The position numbers and the translations under genes were made by a program. 64,000 nucleotides of DNA. It comes from Fibrobacteria bacterium (lineage in GTDB: Bacteria; Fibrobacterota; Chitinivibrionia; Chitinivibrionales; FEN-1185). Of the stretch, positions 47,252 through 56,250 are shown in pieces (within the stretch, counting starts at the first letter, position 1; each line of letters opens with the position of its first letter). Where the stretch lies: assembly GCA_037447435.1 (NCBI GenBank), contig JBBIGR010000002.1:183441-247440 (forward strand), given 5' to 3'. The notes under the pieces were generated by a model. It was not told the DNA's origin and did not search any database. It was given only the letters and a program-made list of their open reading frames with translations.

Positions 47252-47707
47252 TTACTTGGGCTCTTGCGGGATCGGCCCGGTTTTGCGGGCATCCCATTCG
47301 AAGGCGAGGTCCATGGACGAGTCGGTGATAAGTTTGGGCTGTGAAATTACCTTAGGTTCAAAATAGAAATCACCGTCTTCGAGTTCGAGCATCGCAAAAA
47401 CCGCATCGCGTTTGGTGACATTGCGGTAAAACGCATCCACGACCTGGCCTTTTACAAATATCAAGTACCCTTTGCGTCGGCCGCAATAAATATGCAGTAT
47501 GCCTTCGCGTCTACCTATTTCCAGGAATTGAATAGCATCCAGGAGCGGAGTCTGGCGCAAATTCCCTGAAAAGGCAAAACTTGTTTTATACGGCTGGTCC
47601 GAAATGGGCTTTCTGTTTATTTTGAAAAAGAAAAAAAGCCCTATGCCGCCCAGAATCAAACCGGCGGCAAAACCCGTAGAAAGAACGATAATGGTAATCG
47701 CGTCCAT
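47252..47707 (-). CDS. DUF4388 (PatA_N-like) domain protein with N-terminal TM helix
   Basis: FSGNL..TPLLDAIQFL..GRREGIL, G.VVDA, EDGDFYF. Confidence 0.8.
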   Translation of the reverse strand: MDAITIIVLSTGFAAGLILGGIGLFFFFKINRKPISDQPYKTSFAFSGNLRQTPLLDAIQFLEIGRREGILHIYCGRRKGYLIFVKGQVVDAFYRNVTKRDAVFAMLELEDGDFYFEPKVISQPKLITDSSMDLAFEWDARKTGPIPQEPK

Positions 47708-47839
47708 ATTTAATTAAAATAATATCCGAATACGCCCGGTATACCATATACCAATGTAATTAGTACCTAAATAGAAATTATAGTCTATAAAAAACTTATC
47801 CTATGCGAAGCGTGGGGTTAGTAAGTATAAATAAATTAT

Positions 47840-48397
47840 CTATTGCTTCACAACAATTCGATTTCCCGTTAAACCTACCGTAACACCTTCCAAAACAAGC
47901 AATTTTCTTTTTAATTCGATAGGCCACCCGCTTTTTGCCCCCATATATCCTCCAATATAACCATCCTTGGCAACAACACGATGGCAGGGAATAATTATGG
48001 GAAAGCGATTGTTCCTCATCACGGATGCAACGGCCCGGACCGCTTTGGGGTATCCTGCTTTTACCGCAAGTTCGGAATATGATACCGTAGTGCCGCGTTC
48101 GATTTTTCTCGCAGATTCGAGAACAGCCCTCTGGAACCGCGTGCACCATGAAAGATCCAATGATAAAAAACCAAACGATACCTTTTTACCTTCGCAATAT
48201 TTTTGTATAGATTCTGCGATTTTGTCCGCACCGAAATCAGCAACGGGTTTTATCTGCGGTATACGCCCTTTTCCGGGCTCGGACAAGAGAACCGAAGTAA
48301 TAATGTTTTTTTTATTTTCATGTTTCGCAAAAACGGAAAAACAGGCCATTTCATTTTGCAAAATCGCAACAATTTTATTTTCAATTTTTTGTAACAT
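47840..48397 (-). CDS. ogt: Methylated-DNA--protein-cysteine methyltransferase
   Basis: SYSELA, RAVAS, IIPCHRVV, GGY, KRKLL.LEG. Confidence 0.92.
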   Translation of the reverse strand: MLQKIENKIVAILQNEMACFSVFAKHENKKNIITSVLLSEPGKGRIPQIKPVADFGADKIAESIQKYCEGKKVSFGFLSLDLSWCTRFQRAVLESARKIERGTTVSYSELAVKAGYPKAVRAVASVMRNNRFPIIIPCHRVVAKDGYIGGYMGAKSGWPIELKRKLLVLEGVTVGLTGNRIVVKQ

Positions 48398-48468
48398 AAA
48401 CAAGCCCTTTTCTGTCTAATATATAGTTGTAATTTTTAATTGAAAGCATTTCCGGTATTTGCTGTAAT

Positions 48469-48485
48469 CGGGTATAAAATTTGCT
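48469..48485 (+). promoter_or_regulatory. Candidate sigma54 (-24/-12) promoter
   Basis: GGTATAAAATTTGCT: GG-N10-GC spacing with TTGCT, upstream of the GT2 gene. Confidence 0.35.
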
Positions 48486-48659
48486 TTCAATACTGCACGT
48501 AGTTGAAATTTTAATTCCGTTGCTCGGCTCTTCCATACTTAAAGTAATAAAAGGGAGAGCTTGTTTGTTTTTTGATTACGATTTTCTATAACCAAGATTG
48601 ATTACGCAGGGCAATGAAGGCCGAGGTCGCTCCTGCATTCAAAACCCGAAAGTTATCAT

Positions 48660-49541
48660 ATGACAACGATAAATCCATATCGGATACAAAGCAAAAAAGC
48701 ATTGCGCTATGTGGAAAACAAAAAGATCTTTTTGAAGACCGGCCAACCTGCCTTGAACTATAAATCCCAAGGTGAGTTACCTGCAATCTCGACAATCGTC
48801 ATTGCCTATAATGAGGAAGATTCGATCGAACGGTGTTTAAAAAGCGTAAAAGGTTTTTCCGATGAAATTATCGTTGTGGATTCGCAAAGTACCGATGGTA
48901 CGGCACGGCGCGCGCGCGTTCTTGCCGACAAAGTCGTCACTCATACGTGGGAAGGATACAGCAACCAGAAAACTTTTGCCGTAAGCCTTTGCCGAAACGA
49001 CTGGATATTCTGGATCGACGCCGATGAGGAAGCGACGCCGGAATTGCAAAAAGAGATTTGCAAGTTGAAATTCGATAAAGCGGGCTATTCGATCAAACGG
49101 CATAATCGGTATCTTGAGAAATGGATCGATCACGGGACATGGAACCCCGATATCGTTCTCCGTTTGTTCCGCAAAAATGCCGGACATTTTTCGGACGTGC
49201 TTGTCCATGAACATGTTGTTTTAAACGGACCGCAAACGCTCCTTGAAAATCCGCTCAACCATTATTCCTATCAAAGCATTTCGCATCATTTGTCGAAAAT
49301 GAACAGGTTTACGACGCTTGCCGCGAAGCAGATGTTGTCAAAAGGTAAAAAATGCGGCGTCGCCGACCTAATTGTCCGGCCGGTGATGCACTTTTTGAAA
49401 TCGTATATTTTCCGAAAAGGATTTCTCGACGGCCGGCACGGCATCGTCATCGCGGTACTTGACGGATATTACACGTTTCAGAAATACGCCAAACTGTGGG
49501 AAATCGACCGCTCGCACGCATATCCTGCCCATAACCGCTGA
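48660..49541 (+). CDS. GT2 glycosyltransferase, LPS core type (WaaE/KdtX-like)
   Basis: IAYNEE, VVDSQSTDGT, IDADE, RLFR, VHE, GFLDG, KYAKLWE; true start may be downstream. Confidence 0.88.
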   Translation: MTTINPYRIQSKKALRYVENKKIFLKTGQPALNYKSQGELPAISTIVIAYNEEDSIERCLKSVKGFSDEIIVVDSQSTDGTARRARVLADKVVTHTWEGYSNQKTFAVSLCRNDWIFWIDADEEATPELQKEICKLKFDKAGYSIKRHNRYLEKWIDHGTWNPDIVLRLFRKNAGHFSDVLVHEHVVLNGPQTLLENPLNHYSYQSISHHLSKMNRFTTLAAKQMLSKGKKCGVADLIVRPVMHFLKSYIFRKGFLDGRHGIVIAVLDGYYTFQKYAKLWEIDRSHAYPAHNR

Positions 49542-49547
49542 GGCGGA

Positions 49548-51182
49548 TCACAGCGTTATTCTATTGTGGCCGTGATAGAGTTTGTCGCGCTGCTTTTGCA
49601 CATCCGGGTCGGCCATGTATTCGTCGAAATTCATGACCTTGTCGATCACGCCCGCGGGAGTGATTTCTATGATCCGGTTGGCTATGGTGCTGACGAACTG
49701 ATGATCGTGCGAGGTGAACAGCACGACACCGGCAAAATCGATGAGGCCGGTATTGAGGGCCGAAATCGATTCCAGGTCGAGATGACCGGTCGGTTCGTCC
49801 AGCATCAAGAAATTCGCCCCCGAAAGCATCAGTTTGGAAAGCATGCATCGAACCCGCTCGCCTCCCGAAAGCACGGAAACGCTTTTCAGCGACTCATCGC
49901 CCGAGAAAAGCATGCGGCCCAAAAACCCGCGGACATAGGTTATGTCCGTATTTTTTGTAAATTGACACAGCCAATCGATGACGCTTTTGTCGCCCGTGAA
50001 ATACTCCTGATTGTCTTTGGGGAAATAATTTTGCGTTATGGTGGTCCCCCAGGTTATTTCACCCTGGTCGGCTTCGATTTCTTTTGCAAGGATGGAAAAC
50101 AAGGTCGTGATCGCGACATTGTTGGTCCCCACGAAGGCGATCTTATCGCCCCTGTTGACGATGATGTTCAAATCGTTGAGCACCCGCGTACCGTCTATGG
50201 TTTTAGTACAATGCTCTATGGTAACGATGTTCTTTCCGCAATCGCGTTCCGGCTTGAATGCGACATACGGGAATTTTCGGGAAGAAATCGGGATTTCGTC
50301 GAGCGTGAGATTGTCCAGAAGCTTTTTACGGGACGTTGCCTGGCGGGCCTTCGACGCATTCGAACTGAACCGCGCGATAAACTCCTTCAGTTCCGCGATA
50401 CGGGATTCCTTTTTCTGGTTCTCGTTGCGTTTTTGCGCTAAAGCAAGTTGGCTGGCCTGATACCAGAAATCGTAATTTCCCGCATAAATCTGGATTTTTC
50501 CGTAATCGATGTCCGCGATATGCGTGCACACTTTATTTAAAAAATGGCGGTCATGCGAAACGACGATGACCGTATTTTCGAAGCGATACAAAAATTCCTC
50601 GAGCCAGGTCACGGATTCAAGGTCGAGATTGTTTGTGGGTTCGTCAAGCAGCAAAATGTCGGGGTTTGCATACAATGTTTGCGCCAAAAGCACCCGGACC
50701 TTTTGCCCGCCTTCCAATTCCCGCATTTTTTTCGCATGCATGTTTTCGGCAATTCCCAAACCGTCAAGCAATATCGCCGCGTCGGATTCCGCGTCCCAGG
50801 CGTTCATTTCGGCCATGGCCATTTCGAGTTCGCACGAACGTTCGCCGTCTTTATCGGTCATTTCGGCCTTGGCGTACAGTAATTCCCGCTCGCGAAGAAC
50901 ATCATACAATTTTTTATATCCCATGATCACGGTTTCGAGAACCGTACAGTCGTCGAACGCGAAATGGTCCTGCCGTAAAACCGCGAGGCGAAGGTTCGGA
51001 TCCAGGATGACCTCACCGGCCGACGGTTCGATTTCGGAAGAAAGAATTTTTAAAAACGTCGATTTTCCCGACCCGTTCGCTCCGATAAGCCCGTAGCAAT
51101 TACCGGGCGTAAATTTAAGCGACACATCTTTAAAAAGGGTACGTTTGCCGAAGGAAAGAGAAACATTCGAGGTAATCAACAT
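49548..51182 (-). CDS. ABC-F family ATPase (YbiT/YkpA-like)
   Basis: GANGSGKST, LDEPTNNLD, VSHDRHFLN, NASKARQATSR, LSGGE, second ABC domain, no TM segments. Confidence 0.92.
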   Translation of the reverse strand: MLITSNVSLSFGKRTLFKDVSLKFTPGNCYGLIGANGSGKSTFLKILSSEIEPSAGEVILDPNLRLAVLRQDHFAFDDCTVLETVIMGYKKLYDVLRERELLYAKAEMTDKDGERSCELEMAMAEMNAWDAESDAAILLDGLGIAENMHAKKMRELEGGQKVRVLLAQTLYANPDILLLDEPTNNLDLESVTWLEEFLYRFENTVIVVSHDRHFLNKVCTHIADIDYGKIQIYAGNYDFWYQASQLALAQKRNENQKKESRIAELKEFIARFSSNASKARQATSRKKLLDNLTLDEIPISSRKFPYVAFKPERDCGKNIVTIEHCTKTIDGTRVLNDLNIIVNRGDKIAFVGTNNVAITTLFSILAKEIEADQGEITWGTTITQNYFPKDNQEYFTGDKSVIDWLCQFTKNTDITYVRGFLGRMLFSGDESLKSVSVLSGGERVRCMLSKLMLSGANFLMLDEPTGHLDLESISALNTGLIDFAGVVLFTSHDHQFVSTIANRIIEITPAGVIDKVMNFDEYMADPDVQKQRDKLYHGHNRITL

Positions 51183-51374
51183 GCGAACCGCCTGACTGAG
51201 CTCATCTTGATTTGTCTATTGAGAAGCCTACTTGCAGCAAAACTCTGATAGAAACAATAAGAGAGGAGTTCTATTAAAGGAATATGCGATGGCCATAAGG
51301 GATGAAAATATATTTCCTGCCGGCATACGCACGGAAAAAAGAATGGAAGGACCGCGACAGATTATTGGGAGGCG

Positions 51375-52103
51375 TTATTGCCATGAGGCAAAAGCTGCGG
51401 CAAAATCCGAAGTATATCCGGAATGAGCGGTATACACCGATTTTACATTTGCCATTTTAGCTACCGACCGGATGGACGTCGAATCCATGGACATATCTTC
51501 GGTGAAAATTTTCAGCATGGGAAAAATGATGCCTTTTTTGAGAATACACAGATCTCCGGTAAAGAGATCGCCGTCTACCCGATAGCACATTGATCCTGCG
51601 GTATGACCGGGCGTTGCAACGGCGTGGACGATTTTTTCACCAATGGTCACCGAGTCCCTATCGCTTAAAACCAAGTAGTGAGATACGGGCAACGAATTGA
51701 AGTGTTTGAAAAACAAAAAATGCCTCGGTATTTTCTTTGTTATCAACGGGACCTCATCGCGCGAAAGATACACGGTCGCATTTTTAAAAGCGCCAATTCC
51801 GGCAGTATGGTCGGCATCCGAATGGGTAAGAAAAACGGCTTTTACAAGTTCCGGAGAAACCGAAAGTTTTGTGCACCCTGCAACAACGGCTTTAAAATTG
51901 TCGGCAGCATCGAATGCGATATACCCGTCATTTGTTTTTACAAGAAAGAGATTTCCGATTTTTCCTTTTACGGCAAAAATCGTATCTGAAATTTTAGCGG
52001 TTTCGATAGGCCTAAGTTCCCGCATCTGATTTAAAAACCAACCAAAGAAACAAAGAATTCCGACAATGAGAACCGAGGAAATCAAAAGTATTTTTTTTAC
52101 CAT
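51375..52103 (-). CDS. MBL-fold metallo-hydrolase with N-terminal anchor
   Basis: THSDADH, TPGHT.GS, FTGD, TAHSG. Confidence 0.88.
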   Translation of the reverse strand: MVKKILLISSVLIVGILCFFGWFLNQMRELRPIETAKISDTIFAVKGKIGNLFLVKTNDGYIAFDAADNFKAVVAGCTKLSVSPELVKAVFLTHSDADHTAGIGAFKNATVYLSRDEVPLITKKIPRHFLFFKHFNSLPVSHYLVLSDRDSVTIGEKIVHAVATPGHTAGSMCYRVDGDLFTGDLCILKKGIIFPMLKIFTEDMSMDSTSIRSVAKMANVKSVYTAHSGYTSDFAAAFASWQ

Positions 52104-52252
52104 AATTCTTTCTTCGATTTGTTTTAAATTTACGGTTTTTAATCAACGCATTTAATATACTTCTTTGAGCTTTGTGGTATATTTAAACGCACCTTTATTC
52201 CAACGGTTTTCAAATGAATTTCCGTTCCAAGAAATAGTGCAAAGGGCGAAGA

Positions 52253-53812
52253 ATGGATGAAATAAAAGAAACGGAATCGGCAAACAGCCTTTTCGCCCAG
52301 GTTGAGAATTGCATCTCTTTGTTGGAAAAAATAGCGACCGACCCTGCGCAGCTTGCCGCTTTATCCGAAGAACAAAGAATCGACCTCATGAAAGCCGCGG
52401 GAAAGCTCTCCCGTCCCAACCGTGATGAAAAGAAAAAACTGAATAAGGAAATGAAACACGCAAAGCGGCTCGCCGTCGTGGCTACCGAGCGGAAAGCGCG
52501 AGCATCCACCGGCATTCGTACGGCGCGGGAAGCTGCGGTATTTTCGGCGCCGCTGCAAATTCGCGATGCAGCAGACGCGAGCGCTACGAGTAACGAACTC
52601 GGTTCGCCCCGCACCTGCTATGTTTGCAAAGCGGAATTTACAAAACTGCATTTCTTTTACGATTCCATGTGCCCGCAATGCGCGGATTTTAATTATCAAA
52701 AACGGTTTCAGACCGCGTCGCTTGCGGGGAAAACCGCTCTTATCACGGGGTCCCGCTTAAAAATAGGGTATCATTCGACATTGATGATGCTTAGGGCCGG
52801 AGCCCGCGTTATTGCAACCACACGCTTTCCCGTTGACTCGGCATTGCGTTTTTCCAAGGAGCGGGATTTTCCGCAATGGCGCGACCGCCTCCATATTTAC
52901 GGCCTGGACCTGCGGCATACGCCCAGCGTGGAGATTTTTTGCAGTTTTTTCGAGCAACAATACGATCGCCTCGATATTCTCATTAATAATGCCGCACAGA
53001 CGGTGCGGCGGCCGCCCGGCTTTTACGCGCATCTTTTACAAAACGAAATGCTGCCGTTGGACGCATTACCCCCGGACGCGCGGCAATTGCTCGCAAATTT
53101 TAAGCACTGTAAAGACACTCTCGGGGTTTTTGAAAAAGCGCAAATTTCCCCCGAGTCCGCAATCGTGGTGGCCTGGGACCAAAAAGCGCCGGGTATCGGA
53201 TTGCGCGCGTCGGCGCAGCTTTCCCAAATCCCCTATTCGTACGACAATGCGCTTTCGACGGAGACAGTATTTCCAAAAGGCGCGCTCGACGCCGATTTGC
53301 AGCAAGTTGACTTGCGAAAAACAAACAGCTGGCGATTGCGATTGGGCGAAGGCGAAATACCCACCACCGAAATGCTCGAAATCCAATTGGTAAATGCCGT
53401 TGCGCCGTTTGTTTTGTGCAACCGCCTGGCAGCGATGATGAAACGGGACGATACCGGACAAAAGCACATCGTCAATGTATCGGCAATGGAAGGCAAATTT
53501 TTACGGTGGAAAAAAGGCGACCGCCATCCGCACACGAACATGGCCAAGGCGGCGCTCAATATGCTGACCCATACGTCGGCCGACGGCCTGGCGAAATACG
53601 GCATTTTCATGAACGCGGTCGATACGGGCTGGGTGACCGACGAGGACCCCGCCGAACTTTCGCAGTTCAAACAAAAGGTCCACGATTTCCAGCCGCCGCT
53701 TGACATAGTAGACGGCGCAGCTCGGGTATGCGACCCGTTTTTTCTCGGCATCAACACCGGAAAGCATTGGTGCGGAAAGTTTCTCAAGGACTATATGCCC
53801 ATCGATTGGTAA
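52253..53812 (+). CDS. Atypical SDR oxidoreductase with N-terminal Zn ribbon
   Basis: CYVCK...[39 protein letters not shown]. Confidence 0.85.
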   Translation: MDEIKETESANSLFAQVENCISLLEKIATDPAQLAALSEEQRIDLMKAAGKLSRPNRDEKKKLNKEMKHAKRLAVVATERKARASTGIRTAREAAVFSAPLQIRDAADASATSNELGSPRTCYVCKAEFTKLHFFYDSMCPQCADFNYQKRFQTASLAGKTALITGSRLKIGYHSTLMMLRAGARVIATTRFPVDSALRFSKERDFPQWRDRLHIYGLDLRHTPSVEIFCSFFEQQYDRLDILINNAAQTVRRPPGFYAHLLQNEMLPLDALPPDARQLLANFKHCKDTLGVFEKAQISPESAIVVAWDQKAPGIGLRASAQLSQIPYSYDNALSTETVFPKGALDADLQQVDLRKTNSWRLRLGEGEIPTTEMLEIQLVNAVAPFVLCNRLAAMMKRDDTGQKHIVNVSAMEGKFLRWKKGDRHPHTNMAKAALNMLTHTSADGLAKYGIFMNAVDTGWVTDEDPAELSQFKQKVHDFQPPLDIVDGAARVCDPFFLGINTGKHWCGKFLKDYMPIDW

Positions 53813-53824
53813 ACGAGGACCCGT

Positions 53825-54025
53825 ATGGAAAAACCCGATTCATCGGCAACGGTCAATTGTCTTAAGTGCACTTATTTTTACGTGACCTGGGACAACCATT
53901 TTCCGCGCGGGTGCAAACTGTTCGGGTTCAAGGCAAAGCATTTGCCTTCGCAGTCCGTGTATGAAGCGACCGGGAAACCCTGCGAACATTTTACGGACAA
54001 GGGAAAAAGCGAGCCGAAGCGGTGA
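53825..54025 (+). CDS. Small Cys-rich protein
   Basis: GAGG RBS; NCLKCTYFYVTWD..PRGC..FGFK...C pattern; 12 bp after the SDR gene. Confidence 0.75.
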   Translation: MEKPDSSATVNCLKCTYFYVTWDNHFPRGCKLFGFKAKHLPSQSVYEATGKPCEHFTDKGKSEPKR

Positions 54026-54028
54026 CGC

Positions 54029-56242
54029 CTACACGTCCTCTATTTCCGAAAAATCAACAACATCCTTGGTACGCGTGATTTTTTCGATTCCTTTGATTTT
54101 CTGAATCCTGCGGAATATCTGCTTGAGCTGGTTTTTATTATGGATTTGGATTTTAAACGACGCGTTTGCAAGTTCGCCTTTGACCTTAAGGCTCCCTTCC
54201 AGCACATTGACCGCCAGGCTCGAGAAAACCGCGGTAATCTCATGAAGCAATCCCGGCCGGTCGTGCGCCGACAAATCGAGGGAAACCGTATATTTTTTGG
54301 CATCGCCCTCGGCCCAGCTTACCTGCATGCTCCGGTCGCCGTCTTCCATGAACAATTTCGCATGGGCGCAATCCTGACGATGTATCGAAATACCGCGGCC
54401 TTTGGTGACAAACCCGATAATCGCATCGCCCGGAATCGGATTACAGCATTGCGCGAACCGGACCATGAGGTGGTCGGATCCGCCGACCACGACACCGGGC
54501 GCTTTGTTGCCGCCCCGTATCGTCCTAACGATCCGCGAGACGACACTTGACGGAGTAAACTTATTGGCCGCCCTGTCCTGCACCAGTTCCACGACACGTG
54601 CCACGGGCATTTCCCCGGAGCCGACCATTTCGTGCAGTTTTTCCACGTTCGGCACCGCAAGCGTTGACAATATAGATTGCAATCGATCGGTAAAAACCGC
54701 CGTCTTGTTGATTTTCTTCATATGCGCGGCGATGATTTTTTTCCCAAGATCGATGCTTTCCTGCTTGCCCGCGGTCTTGAGCCAGCGCCGTATTTTCGAC
54801 CGCGCCTTCGCGGTCTTGACTTCCCGGAGCCAATCGACCGAGGGCCGTTTCGAACTCGAATGCAAAATCTGCACCGTCATGCCGCTTTTTAACACCTTAT
54901 TGAGCGGTTCGATTTTGCCGTCGACTTTTGCGCCGATGCAACGAACCCCCAGATCCGTATGGACCGCAAAAGCAAAATCCAATACGGTCGCGCCTTTGGG
55001 CAATGAAATGAGATCGCCCTTCGGCGTGAAAATGAAGATTTCGGCATGAAACAAATCGATTTTGAAGAACTCGTAAAATTCGGTCGAATCGGTCAGGTCT
55101 TTTTGCCAGTCTATGATATTGCGGAGCCAGGAAAGCGAGCGGTCGTCTTTTGAAATATTCTTCGCGTCGCCCTCTTCTTTGTAAAGCCAATGCGCGGCGA
55201 TCCCGTCTTCGGCGACGTGGTTCATTTCCCACGTCCTGATCTGCACCTCGATGATATTGCCCTTTTCGCCGAATACGGTCGTATGGAGCGATTGATAGCC
55301 GTTGGATTTCGGCGTCGAGATGTAGTCTTTAAACCGTTCCTGAATGGGTTTCCACATCGAATGGATCACGCCGAGGGTGTGATAACAATCGCGCACCGAG
55401 TTGGTGATCACCCGTAACGCAAGCAGATCGTATACTTCCTCAAACGGCTTGTTGCGCTGAATCATTTTGCGGTAAATGCTGTAAAAATGCTTGGGCCGGC
55501 CCACGACGGTCGCCTGTATTCCCTCATCGGTCAAGCGACGACGGAGGGGTTCGGCAAACGAATCGATGAAGGCTTCCCGTTCGTCACGCGAGGCGACCAC
55601 CTTGGAAACGATGTCCTTGAACTCATGGGGATACAAAAACTTGAACGCAAGGTCTTCGAGCTCCCATTTGATTTTTGCCATTCCGAGCCGATGCGCCAAC
55701 GGCGCGTATATGTCAAGCGTTTCGGCAGCGATCATACGGATTTTCGCAGGAGGCAAATAGGTCAGGGTCCGAAGATTATGCAACCTATCGGCAAATTTTA
55801 TGATGATGACGCGAATGTCTTCGGCCATTGACAAAAGCATTTTTCGGTACGTTTCGGCCTGGCGTTCTTCGCGCGATTTGAGCTGGAAGCGTTGAATTTT
55901 CGTCACGCCGTCGACCAAAAGGAGAACTTGCTCGCCGAATTCTTCGCCGATTTTTTCGCGGGGGATTTGCGTGTCTTCCAATACGTCGTGGAGCAAACTC
56001 GCCGCAATCGTCACGGTGTCGAGTTTTTGTTCGGCAAGTATCAGCGCGACCGCAACCGGATGCGCGAGGAACGGTTCGCCCGATTTGCGGAGCTGGTCTT
56101 TATGCGCGTTGCACGAAAAACGATAGGCTTTCTCGATAATTGCCGCATTGACATTCGGATTCAGCCCGACGATTTTCTTGACAAAATCAGAGGCTGCCTC
56201 ATCTTGCGGCACCACGGGCAAAGCTGAATCGTCGGTTGCCAT
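54029..56242 (-). CDS. relA: Bifunctional (p)ppGpp synthetase/hydrolase Rel
   Basis: LHDVLEDT (HD intact), ADRLHN, RFKDY..PKSNGYQSLHT, EVQIRT, TGS (FTPKG..DFAF), CC, ACT (DRPGLL). Confidence 0.96.
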   Translation of the reverse strand: MATDDSALPVVPQDEAASDFVKKIVGLNPNVNAAIIEKAYRFSCNAHKDQLRKSGEPFLAHPVAVALILAEQKLDTVTIAASLLHDVLEDTQIPREKIGEEFGEQVLLLVDGVTKIQRFQLKSREERQAETYRKMLLSMAEDIRVIIIKFADRLHNLRTLTYLPPAKIRMIAAETLDIYAPLAHRLGMAKIKWELEDLAFKFLYPHEFKDIVSKVVASRDEREAFIDSFAEPLRRRLTDEGIQATVVGRPKHFYSIYRKMIQRNKPFEEVYDLLALRVITNSVRDCYHTLGVIHSMWKPIQERFKDYISTPKSNGYQSLHTTVFGEKGNIIEVQIRTWEMNHVAEDGIAAHWLYKEEGDAKNISKDDRSLSWLRNIIDWQKDLTDSTEFYEFFKIDLFHAEIFIFTPKGDLISLPKGATVLDFAFAVHTDLGVRCIGAKVDGKIEPLNKVLKSGMTVQILHSSSKRPSVDWLREVKTAKARSKIRRWLKTAGKQESIDLGKKIIAAHMKKINKTAVFTDRLQSILSTLAVPNVEKLHEMVGSGEMPVARVVELVQDRAANKFTPSSVVSRIVRTIRGGNKAPGVVVGGSDHLMVRFAQCCNPIPGDAIIGFVTKGRGISIHRQDCAHAKLFMEDGDRSMQVSWAEGDAKKYTVSLDLSAHDRPGLLHEITAVFSSLAVNVLEGSLKVKGELANASFKIQIHNKNQLKQIFRRIQKIKGIEKITRTKDVVDFSEIEDV

Positions 56243-56250
56243 TTTTTAAT

